Assembly (NCBI GenBank): GCA_965218935.1
Contig: CBDCMH010000002.1
Location: 320,899-384,898 of the forward strand
Source of the DNA: Acidobacteriota bacterium
Lineage (GTDB): Bacteria > Acidobacteriota > UBA6911 > RPQK01 > JADFOI01
DNA: 64,000 nucleotides
Direction of reading: 5' to 3'
Part shown: positions 8,838 through 18,659 of the stretch, piece by piece
How positions within the stretch are numbered: the stretch's first letter is position 1
How the letters are laid out: each line of letters opens with the position of its first letter
Notes under the pieces: model-generated
Told to the model about the DNA's origin: nothing
Database searches by the model: none
What the model saw: only the letters and a program-made list of their open reading frames with translations
Program-made: the position numbers and the translations under genes

Positions 8838-9461
8838 ATGACCACAGACGTCGTCAAACAGATCCGTAGGGCCACCCGCCGGAGATTCACGGCCGAAGAG
8901 AAGATCCACATCGTTTTGGAGGGGCTCCGCGGAGAGATTCCCGTCACCGAACTGTGCCGCAAAGAAGGGATTCAACCTTCGATCTACTACAAGTGGTCCA
9001 AGGCCTTCCTGGATTCGGGCAAAAACGGTCTAACCCGGGAGACCCAACGGAATGCGACTTCCGGTGAGGTGCGTCGCTTGAAGGAGGAGAATGAGGCCTT
9101 GAAGAAGGCGGTGGCCGAGACGGTAGTGGAGAACCAAAAGCTAAAAAAAGTTTGGGCCTGTAAGGCGAAGGAGGTATCAGAGGATGCTCAGCGAGCACAA
9201 GCTGGAAGTTTTAAGGACAGTGGAGGCCTCCGAGTTACCGGTCCGGGAGGTGCTGGATCAACTCGAGATCCCCCGCTCGACCTACTATCGCTGGAGACAC
9301 CACTTTCGAAAGAGGGGGTTGGCAGGCTTGCGGGACCGTCCCCCAGGATCAGGACGGGTTTGGAATCAGATCCTGCCCAAAGAACGGGACCGAATCCTGG
9401 AGATGGCGCTGCTGTTTCCAGAGTGGTCCTCACGAGAAGTGAGCTGCCAGGTGACGGATAG
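8838..9461 (+). CDS. IS3-family transposase OrfA (HTH/leucine zipper). Functional part ends near the A-run at 9143-9149; the open frame runs on as low-complexity sequence
   Basis: IS3 OrfA motifs (RRFTAEEKIHIVLE...IYYKWSKAF...leucine zipper ENEALKKAVAETVVENQKLKK). Confidence 0.75.
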   Translation: MTTDVVKQIRRATRRRFTAEEKIHIVLEGLRGEIPVTELCRKEGIQPSIYYKWSKAFLDSGKNGLTRETQRNATSGEVRRLKEENEALKKAVAETVVENQKLKKVWACKAKEVSEDAQRAQAGSFKDSGGLRVTGPGGAGSTRDPPLDLLSLETPLSKEGVGRLAGPSPRIRTGLESDPAQRTGPNPGDGAAVSRVVLTRSELPGDG

Positions 9462-10182
9462 GTGCGGGTTTACGGTCTCGGAATCCTCGGTCTACCGGAT
9501 TTTGAAAGCGGAAGGGCTGATTCGGGAGGTTCAACTCCGGAGCTTTCCAGCCGAATCGGAATATCGAATCAAGACGACCCGACCCAACCAGCAGTGGCAA
9601 ACGGATGCGACCTATCTTCTGGTCAAGAACTGGGGCTGGTACTATCTGATCTCAGTACTGGATGACTTTAGCCGGAGGATCCTGGCCTGGGGACTTCACA
9701 CGGCCATGCGTGCTGGAGACTTCAGCCAGGTGGTCGAGGCGGCTTGTGAGAGAACGGGTGTGGAACAGGCTCCGTTGTCTGATCGGCCCCGGCTGGTGAC
9801 AGACCGCGGACCGGCTTTGATCTCCAAAGACTTTGGTCAGTATCTGGAGACCAAGGGACTGGGCCACATCCTGGCCTCACCCTATCATCCCCAGACCAAC
9901 GGGAAGATCGAACGCTACCATCGTTCCTGCAAGGAACGCATCAACCTAATGGTCTGGGAGACACCCGAGGAGTTGGAGCGAGAAATCGCGGTCTTTATCG
10001 ACTACTACAACTCCAGGCGCTATCACGAGGCCCTGGGTAACGTCACACCCGATGACATGTACTTCGCAAGACGAGATTCCATCCACACAAAAAGGAGAAG
10101 ATTGAAAGGAGTCACCCTTGCCCGTCGGCAGGCGATCAATGCTGAACTAGCCCGATCAGCATCGGTTCCCACTGTCTCTTAG
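9145..10182 (+). CDS. IS3-family transposase OrfB (HTH + rve DDE domain)
   Basis: WQTDATYL...DDFSRRILAW...VTDRGPALISKDF...HPQTNGKIER; frame open from 9145, first ATG 9184; +1 frame relative to OrfA. Confidence 0.8.
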   Translation, partial: KKFGPVRRRRYQRMLSEHKLEVLRTVEASELPVREVLDQLEIPRSTYYRWRHHFRKRGLAGLRDRPPGSGRVWNQILPKERDRILEMALLFPEWSSREVSCQVTDRCGFTVSESSVYRILKAEGLIREVQLRSFPAESEYRIKTTRPNQQWQTDATYLLVKNWGWYYLISVLDDFSRRILAWGLHTAMRAGDFSQVVEAACERTGVEQAPLSDRPRLVTDRGPALISKDFGQYLETKGLGHILASPYHPQTNGKIERYHRSCKERINLMVWETPEELEREIAVFIDYYNSRRYHEALGNVTPDDMYFARRDSIHTKRRRLKGVTLARRQAINAELARSASVPTVS

Positions 10183-10436
10183 CTTGGAACCCCAAATGTC
10201 CCATTCTCGCTGAAGACGTACACTCATCCTGGTCGCTCAAGTCCGTAACATCGAAAGGCCAGCTAGGAAGCCCGGCCCGGGCAGAAGCCGAGACAAAAAG
10301 TAAAACGATCGCTACATAGTGCAGTGCTCTGGTGCTCATGGTTTGATTCCCGCTACCTTTCTGCTTCCTGTGATGATCGCACGACTGGGCCACACCGGGA
10401 GCGCCCTTTGATCTTACGGCCTCGGTGCTTTCGAAG

Positions 10437-11456
10437 CTAACTGATTTCAATGAAATAGGGAACGGAATTGAGGGCAAGACCCACGAAAAGCAGGGCCAGG
10501 GATGGGAAGAGAAAAACCTGATAGTAGGGAACGTTGGTCTCCAGGGTCCGCTGTACAAACACCCCTTTTTCAATCTCGTCGATGGTTTTATAAGCAAGCT
10601 CGAGTTGACTTTGGTTTCGGGCGTCGAAATACTGGCCTCCTGAGTCCCTGATCGCCTGAATGAGCGTCTGCACCTTCTCTTTTCGAGTGATCTCCTCTCC
10701 CAGTTCCACCCCAATTAAGTAAACACGATACCCATAGAAGCGGGCCTCGCCAAGCGCCTCGACCGGATCTCTTCCATAATTGTGCTCACCATCGCTGAAG
10801 ACGACAACCACCTTGTTCTTGGTTTCTGGATCCTCCTCGCGCCGAAACAAATCGATCGCCGTATTGATGCCTTCTCCAATCGCCGTCATTCCTTCACCGA
10901 TCAGGATGGCTGGATCTGCCATTAGAATATACTTTTCCAGATAAGCACGATCAGTGGTCAAGGGACTGACCACATAACTATTTTCCGAAAAAGTGACCAA
11001 AGCCAATCGATCACTCTTCCTTATTGCCACGAAATCGAATAGGGCATTCTGTACTGCCTCCATACGAGTCTCAGGCATGGGCATTTGACTTCCCCCTGCA
11101 GTTCCCCTCGCTCGCATATCGTACAGTTCACGATGTTCTTCCCATCCCCCCATCACCTCTTGCATGCTGGAGGAGAGATCCACTACCAGAACAATATCGA
11201 GTCCTTCCAGCTGCGTGATGCCCTCCTTGAAGGTAATACGGGGCTCCATCAGGGCAATTCCGACGCCCAGCAGCCCAAGAGCAAAAAAAATGCGGGGAAG
11301 AAACCTGAGAGCAGAGGGCTTCAGGGAAGGCATGATCGGCTGATCCACCAGGCTGTGGGCCAAGTAGTGCTTTCTCTTTCTCCACAGGATGAGTGCCAGC
11401 AAGAGAAAGACTGGGATCAGAACTTTGTATAGGAGATCAAATTGAGCAAATTGCAC
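10437..11456 (-). CDS. vWA-domain membrane protein (BatA-like)
   Basis: N-terminal TM helices, vWA MIDAS motif (VVDLSSSM), typical BatA architecture. Confidence 0.8.
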   Translation of the reverse strand: MQFAQFDLLYKVLIPVFLLLALILWRKRKHYLAHSLVDQPIMPSLKPSALRFLPRIFFALGLLGVGIALMEPRITFKEGITQLEGLDIVLVVDLSSSMQEVMGGWEEHRELYDMRARGTAGGSQMPMPETRMEAVQNALFDFVAIRKSDRLALVTFSENSYVVSPLTTDRAYLEKYILMADPAILIGEGMTAIGEGINTAIDLFRREEDPETKNKVVVVFSDGEHNYGRDPVEALGEARFYGYRVYLIGVELGEEITRKEKVQTLIQAIRDSGGQYFDARNQSQLELAYKTIDEIEKGVFVQRTLETNVPYYQVFLFPSLALLFVGLALNSVPYFIEIS

Positions 11457-11462
11457 GATCTT

Positions 11463-12416
11463 TTATACACACAGTTTTTTTATTTCCTGCACATCCTGCC
11501 GGAAGGCGTCTTCCCACCCGGAGCTATTGTCTGGTGCATAGCGGCAGCTCTGCCCATGTTCGAAAACTCCGGCCAGAACTGCGCTTTGCCCAGGGAGGAG
11601 CTTCCCTTGATTCAGCTTGCCACTCAACTCTGCTTGGATCAGACCTTGGGTGGGTATCTCCCAGAAATAATCGATGTACTTTCCCACCACCTCCTCCAGG
11701 GCCCAGTACTGATCTTTGATCTCCACACCGTTGCTGCCCAGACTCTTTTCTAACCGATCCAACGAGCCCAAGCACTGCTCTAAGAACTGTTTCCGACCCA
11801 ACTGTTGTCGCCTTGCCTGCCACTCGGGCACCTTTCTCCACACCCACGCTCCCAGTGGCAGGCAGCTCACCAGCAAACCAGCCAGGCCGGCCACCAGGGG
11901 CACCCAGCTTCGTTCAGGGGCTTCGGAGAGGAGCAGTGACTCCTTAATCCATGCCATTTCGACCGGCTGATTCAGTGTACTTCGAATTGACATGGGCAAC
12001 GGGGGGATCTGCATTCCCTCAGTGGTGGGTGCGTTGGCTTCCGTTGGACCGGGCTTTTCGTAGCGAAAAGTCAAGCCAGGAATTTCCACCTGTTTGTCAC
12101 CAATTTCGTAGTTCGCCAACAGGTAATCGAAGACATATCGGAGCTGCTCCCCCACTTCCTCTCTGGTTTGCTGCATTTCAATCAGATGGAAGGGCTCGAA
12201 GCTGACATTCTGCTCGTCAAAGTCCTCCAGATTGACTTGCAAATCCTTCTTAACCGTCAGGGTAATCCGGTAGTGAATCCGATCCCCGGGCCACACCGAT
12301 GTCTGGCTGACATCTGTCTCGTAGCCGACGTCAGGTGGGGCGATCTCGGTCTGGGCGCTCAAGGAAAGGCTCATACCCGCAAGCAGAAACACAACGATCA
12401 GTTCATTTCGCATCAT
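11463..12416 (-). CDS. DUF4381/BatD-like protein with signal peptide and C-terminal TM segment
   Basis: Position between DUF58 and BatA genes in MoxR-type operon; signal peptide; TM near residue 160. Confidence 0.45.
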   Translation of the reverse strand: MMRNELIVVFLLAGMSLSLSAQTEIAPPDVGYETDVSQTSVWPGDRIHYRITLTVKKDLQVNLEDFDEQNVSFEPFHLIEMQQTREEVGEQLRYVFDYLLANYEIGDKQVEIPGLTFRYEKPGPTEANAPTTEGMQIPPLPMSIRSTLNQPVEMAWIKESLLLSEAPERSWVPLVAGLAGLLVSCLPLGAWVWRKVPEWQARRQQLGRKQFLEQCLGSLDRLEKSLGSNGVEIKDQYWALEEVVGKYIDYFWEIPTQGLIQAELSGKLNQGKLLPGQSAVLAGVFEHGQSCRYAPDNSSGWEDAFRQDVQEIKKLCV

Positions 12417-13309
12417 CTTTTCCTTATCAAAAACAAACTATAGAGTAATTCAAAAAAAGGCTCATTCGTCTGGATCTCCTGGAAGTCTAAACCATATTGA
12501 TAAAATTGGTCAATCAGGTCCCGACGTTGTTTCCTCAGATGCTCACTGTAGAGGAGCCGGTTCTTTTTAGACAGACGAACACATTGTTGGCGGCCTGACT
12601 CCAGATCCCGAAACCGAAGATAACCCCGTCCCTGGGGAAGCTTCGTCTCAAAGGGGTCGCTGAGAAGAACGGGAATCAAGTCATTCTTGGAAGCGATGTG
12701 CTTGAAGACGATTGCCTCGAACATGTTTTCTTGAAAGAGGAAATCCGAGATCAGACAAACGATAGCCATCCTACTCAAACACTGGCGTAGCCGCTCCAAG
12801 GCTGGGAGTATGCGGGTTTTCTTATGCTGAGAGGGTGTGAAATCCCACAACTGGCCCAATATGGTCCACAAGTGCGCCCTTCCCTTTTTCGGGGCTATCT
12901 CAATTTCGACCTGATCCGTAAACCCCAGAAAGCCGATCCGCATCTGATCGGCCAAAGCAGAATAGGCTAACATGGCCGTGATGTACAACAAAAGCTCTTT
13001 TTTGGAACGGGCCCCTGTCACCATATTCATAGAGCCGGATAGATCCGCTACCACGAAGATGTCGATGTCCTTCTCCTCATGGGTATTCTTGATGAGGGTA
13101 TAGCCCATTCTCGCCGTCGCATTCCAATCAATCTTGCGGGTGTCGTCACCAAACTCGTACTTTTTGTGGTCCCAGAAATCGTAGCCGTGTCCCTTGAGTA
13201 AACTGATATGGTTTCCCACCAAAGGGTTACGAATCTTCTTTCTCGTAAAGAGCTCAATGTAATACAGATTTTCTTCGACATTACTTGGAATCATTGAACA
13301 ATCACTCAA
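12413..13309 (-). CDS. DUF58 domain protein (MoxR-associated)
   Basis: DUF58 motif (DWNATAR...FVVADLSGSM), overlaps next gene by 4 nt. Confidence 0.75.
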   Translation of the reverse strand: MSDCSMIPSNVEENLYYIELFTRKKIRNPLVGNHISLLKGHGYDFWDHKKYEFGDDTRKIDWNATARMGYTLIKNTHEEKDIDIFVVADLSGSMNMVTGARSKKELLLYITAMLAYSALADQMRIGFLGFTDQVEIEIAPKKGRAHLWTILGQLWDFTPSQHKKTRILPALERLRQCLSRMAIVCLISDFLFQENMFEAIVFKHIASKNDLIPVLLSDPFETKLPQGRGYLRFRDLESGRQQCVRLSKKNRLLYSEHLRKQRRDLIDQFYQYGLDFQEIQTNEPFFELLYSLFLIRKR

Positions 13310-13415
13310 CGCCTCATTTAAACGATCAAAGTCGAGTCACCCATGACAACCCAATCCGATAAAGAACCGAAACACGCTTCCCAGGCACTGGTGTTCAGAG
13401 GCGCAGTAGCCGTCT

Positions 13416-14000
13416 TCAGTGCATATAAAAGAGACAGGTGAAGAGAGGAATCACGATCGACACATTACCGTCTTGGAGTTCCAGCTCCTGAAGCTCCTCT
13501 CCGCCGGCTTTTTCCAAGGAAGCTTCCAAAATCGACACCACCAAGTTTTGATTCTCGAACATCCGGTCGGAGATATCAAAAACCAGTTTCATTACTTCTC
13601 CTGGCAAGATCGGTTGGCTTGAGTCCGTTTCAATGGAAAGAGTAGCCGGCTTTCCACCGCTACCTTCAGATTCGACGCTTGCCACCAGAGAAAGTTTGCT
13701 GTTTGGCACTGCTGCCTGCGCTTCCACAAAATTTAGGATATCTCCTGAAAACTGCACTTTAACCGCCAGGTGCACAACCGCTTCTTCCTCCAGGCCAGAC
13801 ACCTCAAGGGGGACAATGACCTGCTCTCCGAAAACTGCCGAGACATCGTGCAGAGAAATTGTTGGTTTCTCAGACTGTATCCCCCACAAGGGATTCGAAA
13901 GCAAAAGAAGACTTACCGCTATCTCTAAGAACGTGAGCCATTTACGCTCTGTCACTAGAGTTTTTGCTTTCCTACTCTCTGCGGCCCGCTGAACCAGCAC
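13416..14000 (-). CDS. hypothetical secreted protein
   Basis: Hydrophobic N-terminal segment; no family recognised. Confidence 0.35.
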   Translation of the reverse strand: MLVQRAAESRKAKTLVTERKWLTFLEIAVSLLLLSNPLWGIQSEKPTISLHDVSAVFGEQVIVPLEVSGLEEEAVVHLAVKVQFSGDILNFVEAQAAVPNSKLSLVASVESEGSGGKPATLSIETDSSQPILPGEVMKLVFDISDRMFENQNLVVSILEASLEKAGGEELQELELQDGNVSIVIPLFTCLFYMH

Positions 14001-14141
14001 CGCTATGAGTTATCTCCTTCCCAGCGGACCATCAAAAGCAATCAGTCATTGAGAACTTCACGTCGAGGCAGTATATAAGTGATCATGGAAGGTGGCAAGC
14101 GTTTTTTTTGCAGGTGTTTACGACCGTGAAAGGGTGAGGCT

Positions 14142-14687
14142 ATGAAGAGACTTCTGGGGTTTTGGATTGTTCTGTTCATCACAGCTTCGACGTTGGGACA
14201 TGACACCACCCTTTCACCGGATATCCTGAAAAAACTCTTTCCCGAGGCTGATGCTTTCGTGGAGCGTCAGAAACGTTTGACTCAGCAGGAAATACTCCAG
14301 GTGGAACAAGCTTCCGGCGACAAGGTTCAGGAGGTGGACCAGCAATTGACCGTCTCCGTGGCACTTGTCATAGACGATCAAACCAACAAGATCAGTTCGA
14401 TTGGAGCCGTTCTGATGGTGGACGCGAGCAGTCCTGAAGGCACGATTGACCTGGTGGTCGCTTACAAGCTGGATGGGTCGGTTAGGAAGGTTCTGGTTCC
14501 TGCAAATGAAGCAGTTGGGCTGTCGAACTCAGAGCCTTTCTGGACGCAACTGGAGGGGAAAAGCCCATCTGACGGCTGGAATCCGGAGGAGGATTTCGAG
14601 CTGGGAGGGGATCCAGTCCGGGCACGAGCGGTGATTCGAGCCGTCCGCCGTGGGATGCATCTGTTCTTGGCTTTTAGGGACGACTGA
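14142..14687 (+). CDS. hypothetical secreted protein
   Basis: Signal peptide MKRLLGFWIVLFITASTLG; coding-like. Confidence 0.45.
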   Translation: MKRLLGFWIVLFITASTLGHDTTLSPDILKKLFPEADAFVERQKRLTQQEILQVEQASGDKVQEVDQQLTVSVALVIDDQTNKISSIGAVLMVDASSPEGTIDLVVAYKLDGSVRKVLVPANEAVGLSNSEPFWTQLEGKSPSDGWNPEEDFELGGDPVRARAVIRAVRRGMHLFLAFRDD

Positions 14688-14747
14688 ACTTCGGAGACTT
14701 CTGCAGGGTCTGGAGAGTTCCCGAACTCTTTCTACTTTCTCAGATAC

Positions 14748-16046
14748 TCAGTGGGGAAATCTCTCCAGCATCCACGATAGGACTGCATCGATCTGCTGCT
14801 GGCGCTGATCACCTTTTCCGGCCTTGGGTCCGGAAGGCCGGAAACTAACGTCCCCGCCTTCTATCCAAACCAGTTTCTTGTCTGTGGCACCTGCCGCTTC
14901 CAGAATGGCCTTGGTATCGCTCGGGTAAATGGCCCGCATAGCGGTCCCTTGAACGATCAAGGTGGGAACCTGGACCTTGGCGATGTTTTTGAGCATCGAG
15001 GCGTGAGAGGAGTGACTCGAACGGCTGCTGAGAAAAGCTCGCGGACTGATGTAACCCGGGGTGGGGGATTGGGAGTAGTTGGCAAGCCAGGGTGTGGTTC
15101 CGGCGTTGTTACCCATTATCCGGTCAGAGGGATCTATGGCCAGATCCATGTAGCGCAGATCCGCCCACGTCCGGTAGATGGTCATCATCCGTTGGGTCAG
15201 CGCATTGCGCTCGATCCACTGCTGCTGCGGGCTGGGCAGCTTTTTGAACTCAGGCTGCTGCATCACATTCTGGTAGTGCTCCTGCTCCAGGATCAGAGCC
15301 CGTGCCCAACGGTCCAGGCCTTCCATTCGCCTTTTTTGAGCAGCCCGGTAGCGGGCTATGAACTCCGCTGAGTAGGTGGTCCTTTCCGGAGGCATGCGAA
15401 ATCCGTTGGCCGGGTTGTACATGTCTAGCGACGAATCAATGGAGAGCGGGTCTCCTTCGTCCATCAGGGAAGGATCAATCCGAGTTTCCAAAATGGGTCC
15501 TTCCCCTAAATGGGGAATGGTGGTCAGAAGTCCGTCGGCGGCTGGAAGATCGAATTCATTGAGATCAGGAGGATCTCCCGCCGGTGTGCTGCTGGCTCGT
15601 CCGGGAGATGAGGTCACGGCTTGAGCTTGATAGACGGCCATCAGCGGGCCTCCGCCGCTGGTACCAAAAAGGACCATTTTCTGGTAGCCGCGGCCTCTCA
15701 GAAATCGAATGCCCGCTGCGATGTCCAGAAGCATCTCCTCATGGATTCCGTCAGTGTCGTTATTGAGGTAGCGGTTGTTGTGCCCGAAGGCGGCAAAGCC
15801 AGATTTGGCCAGCAGAGGGAGAAAGTAGCCTCGAGATCGGTCGCCTCGAGGATGCATAGTCAAGACGGCGGTTTCAGGCATCCTGTCGGCCGGAGTGTAG
15901 AGAATACCCCAGGAAGCGCCTCCGTCCTCAGCCCGCAGACTCACAACCTCTTGTTGGATGGCTGGTTCACTTTGCTGCGCGGAGAGACTGGGGACCCAGG
16001 GGACCAGGACACACGAGGACAGAAAGACAAGAAAAACTTTTCTCAT
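14748..16046 (-). CDS. secreted alpha/beta hydrolase (GTSGG nucleophile elbow)
   Basis: Start at MRKVFLVFL signal peptide (16046); GxSxG motif FGTSGGGP; paralog of next gene. Confidence 0.7.
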   Translation of the reverse strand: MRKVFLVFLSSCVLVPWVPSLSAQQSEPAIQQEVVSLRAEDGGASWGILYTPADRMPETAVLTMHPRGDRSRGYFLPLLAKSGFAAFGHNNRYLNNDTDGIHEEMLLDIAAGIRFLRGRGYQKMVLFGTSGGGPLMAVYQAQAVTSSPGRASSTPAGDPPDLNEFDLPAADGLLTTIPHLGEGPILETRIDPSLMDEGDPLSIDSSLDMYNPANGFRMPPERTTYSAEFIARYRAAQKRRMEGLDRWARALILEQEHYQNVMQQPEFKKLPSPQQQWIERNALTQRMMTIYRTWADLRYMDLAIDPSDRIMGNNAGTTPWLANYSQSPTPGYISPRAFLSSRSSHSSHASMLKNIAKVQVPTLIVQGTAMRAIYPSDTKAILEAAGATDKKLVWIEGGDVSFRPSGPKAGKGDQRQQQIDAVLSWMLERFPH

Positions 16047-16134
16047 GATCCTCTCCTTACCTCGCCTGACCCGGCTACCATGGCCAGGCGGCGTTGAGCC
16101 CTTCTCGTGTTTGAGAAGTGGATCGGCTCCCGGG

Positions 16135-17529
16135 CTACTTTCCCGCCCACTGGCGGGCGTACTCCTCGTAGTATCCGCCCATGAGGGCGTCGTAAAATAA
16201 TTGGAAGACAGCGGGCGCGATTCCCTTGGGCAGACCCGGTTCTGGTCTTTCATAGCCGTGGACTCCGGCGCCGAACTGGGTCAAATGGGTCTTGGGAGCC
16301 GGCTCCATGGCCGCAAACATGGGAAGAACAATTCGGTTGTATTTCTCCAGGGTGTGATCGCGGCTGGTTCCTGAGATGCTCAGGAGCACCGGCGGCACGG
16401 GCTTGACCCCTTCTCCCGTCAGCTCCCGGGTATAGCCTTTGTACTGGCGGACCAAATCGTTCCTCTCCCCAGCGCTCAGGTTCAAGCGCCCGGCCATCAC
16501 CTGGGCCGCTCCGGCCAGGGACTCGACACCATTTAAGTGGATCGGATACTCGGCCTTGAACTGGGGCAGGTTGGTGCCTTGCTCCCAGTCCTCGTAGACT
16601 TCCTCCATTAACATGGTCAGGTGGTTTAGAATCTCCATCGGATCCCTCTTCTCGGCTGCTTCTATTCCAGCGGAGCGAGCGGTATCGCGCCAGGTGCGTA
16701 TTTTCAGGCAGCTGAAGGGAATGTTCCAAGTGGCGTCAACCAGTTGTGAGTAAATGTAGCCAAAGGGAGAATTCTCCAGGCCCATGACTCCGACGATGTT
16801 GGGAACTCGCTGGGTGAGCATGAAAGAAAAGGGTCCTCCCGTCGAATGGCCGTGGATATAGATAGAGTACTCGCCCACAGGCAGGTGCCGTCGCATGAGG
16901 TCTCTGGCTCCCTCCTCAAAGGCCACCGGCCAACCTGCCATCCGATGATAAAATTCCGTCCCCTCCTTAGCGCAGGCCAAGATGATGGTGCCATATCGTT
17001 CCATCATCGATTTGTCTTCCTTCACCTCATACTGGTCATGGGTGATCAGTTTGTCCTTGTTCCATATAGGCAGTCGCACCGTACCGTCGGGATTCACGGT
17101 GTCCCCCGGCCAGTCTCGACTGGGGTCCAATAGATAGAGCCGACCCGGATAGGTCATGCTCACCACCTTAAAACCGAATTTCCCAGCCAGCAGTCGAGCT
17201 ACGGTGTCTCTGGAGCGGTGATCTCCCGAGCCCCCGTGGAGCAGGAAAACACCGGCCTTGTTTCCGTCCGGTCCCACTGGAATCTTCGAAGTGTCCTGGG
17301 ACTCATAGACCATGGCTCCGATATCCCAATCCATTTCCACAACCCGGATACGGAAAACGTCCTCCCAAACGTTCAACTTGATGTCGGGTCTGGCCATGAC
17401 CGCATCGGAGGTCTTGAAAATCTCATCCCGGGAAATGTTCGAGGGCGGATTCCAAGCTCCACTGACGGTTTGAATACTCAAGACCAAGGAGGTCGACAAA
17501 ATAGCTGAAATTACAATCTTTCTGGACAT
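16135..17529 (-). CDS. secreted alpha/beta hydrolase (GHSTGG nucleophile elbow)
   Basis: Signal peptide MSRKIVISAILSTSLVLS; HGGSGDHRS and IHGHSTGGPFS motifs. Confidence 0.7.
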   Translation of the reverse strand: MSRKIVISAILSTSLVLSIQTVSGAWNPPSNISRDEIFKTSDAVMARPDIKLNVWEDVFRIRVVEMDWDIGAMVYESQDTSKIPVGPDGNKAGVFLLHGGSGDHRSRDTVARLLAGKFGFKVVSMTYPGRLYLLDPSRDWPGDTVNPDGTVRLPIWNKDKLITHDQYEVKEDKSMMERYGTIILACAKEGTEFYHRMAGWPVAFEEGARDLMRRHLPVGEYSIYIHGHSTGGPFSFMLTQRVPNIVGVMGLENSPFGYIYSQLVDATWNIPFSCLKIRTWRDTARSAGIEAAEKRDPMEILNHLTMLMEEVYEDWEQGTNLPQFKAEYPIHLNGVESLAGAAQVMAGRLNLSAGERNDLVRQYKGYTRELTGEGVKPVPPVLLSISGTSRDHTLEKYNRIVLPMFAAMEPAPKTHLTQFGAGVHGYERPEPGLPKGIAPAVFQLFYDALMGGYYEEYARQWAGK

Positions 17530-17635
17530 AGCATCTCCCTTCCCCTCTTTGGGGCCTCGATTCAACACACTTTAGTGATTAAAAGGTCTTACCAGGCTGT
17601 TTCCAGTTTCCTGAAAGAAACAATCTTCTCTCCTC

Positions 17636-18244
17636 CTACCTCTGTAGTCCAAAATGCTCAGCCAAGTACTGTAGCAGTCTTCCCTGTTCTTGCGGCCCTA
17701 AAGTTGCTCCAAGGCTAAGCATCTTGGTGATGGTTTCCTCCCATTGTGCTTCAGATCTGGGTGAGGCAACCGCTTGCTCCAGTGTGTGGCACTGCACACA
17801 CTGGCCCAAGAGGATCGCTCTTCCCGGGCCACTGGGCAGGCCTTCTTCGAGAGCCACAGGCGTACTGGACGTATTCGCTTGGAAGCCGCTACTCTCGAAA
17901 ACTGGAGGCGGCGAATCAGGGCCGAAACGGGCTGCCAGATAAACGGTCAAAGGATCGATTTCATCGGGCATCACCTGGGCTCCTCTCGAGATCATGGAGT
18001 AAATCGTGTCTCTCCATTGCTCAGCAGTTTTTCTCTGTATCATGATGGGGCCCAACCGATGACACTGAGTGCAGCCTTGACCTAAAGCTTCTTCTCCCCG
18101 TTGTTCTTGTGAAGCCTGACTGCTCTGAAGGGCCGGACCAGAAGAACCCCTGGTGACGCCCACGTAGAAGCTCCCCACAAGGCCCAGCGCCAGTGCCAGA
18201 AAGATCAGCGATCGGATCTGTCGGCGACTCTGTTCAAGATGCAT
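17636..18244 (-). CDS. dihaem c-type cytochrome (two CxxCH repeats)
   Basis: CTQCH and CVQCH in two internally repeated ~80-aa units; signal/TM at N-term. Confidence 0.65.
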   Translation of the reverse strand: MHLEQSRRQIRSLIFLALALGLVGSFYVGVTRGSSGPALQSSQASQEQRGEEALGQGCTQCHRLGPIMIQRKTAEQWRDTIYSMISRGAQVMPDEIDPLTVYLAARFGPDSPPPVFESSGFQANTSSTPVALEEGLPSGPGRAILLGQCVQCHTLEQAVASPRSEAQWEETITKMLSLGATLGPQEQGRLLQYLAEHFGLQR

Positions 18245-18659
18245 CAGATCACCCTCGAAGAAAATCGTCCTTGTTTTAAACTTAGCCTTTCTTACGGATC
18301 TCCGCCACGATGCCCACAAAAGGGCCTCGAATTTGCGTCAATTGTAGACAACTCAGCTGTGCCGAGCAAGAGAAAAATAAACAGGGTATCCCCATTTGAC
18401 CCCCTCCGCGACGACCCTCGCTTCCAAAACCTGCTGCTGCGGATGAACTTGATGCCATAAGAGCGGTTACAGGCCTCAAAGGTAGAGTAGATGCTGAGGA
18501 TCCGCACCCTATCCGTGAGTTGAAGATACTAGCGCTGGGTCTCCTGAAACTGGGGTGGTTGAAATAGGTATCTTGATGAGCGAGATATCCATCTCCCGGC
18601 GCTGGGAGAAAACCCAACCCCGGGAGACGAAATTCGGCCTCTAAAAACTTCCACTCATC

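Larger units (their letters stand above)
8785..10260 (+). mobile_element. IS3-family insertion sequence (ends approximate)
   Basis: orfA/orfB arrangement; left end begins TGA...; exact IRs not resolved. Confidence 0.55.

Noticed and set aside
8838-9461. 207-aa OrfA as a genuine long protein
   Set aside because: Only the first ~105 aa match IS3 OrfA; the rest is low-complexity G/P/S-rich sequence overlapping OrfB in another frame.
10300-10360. tRNA-like T-loop motif (GGTTTGATTCCC) near IS3 right end
   Set aside because: No acceptor or anticodon stems can be drawn; probably chance or a degraded fragment.
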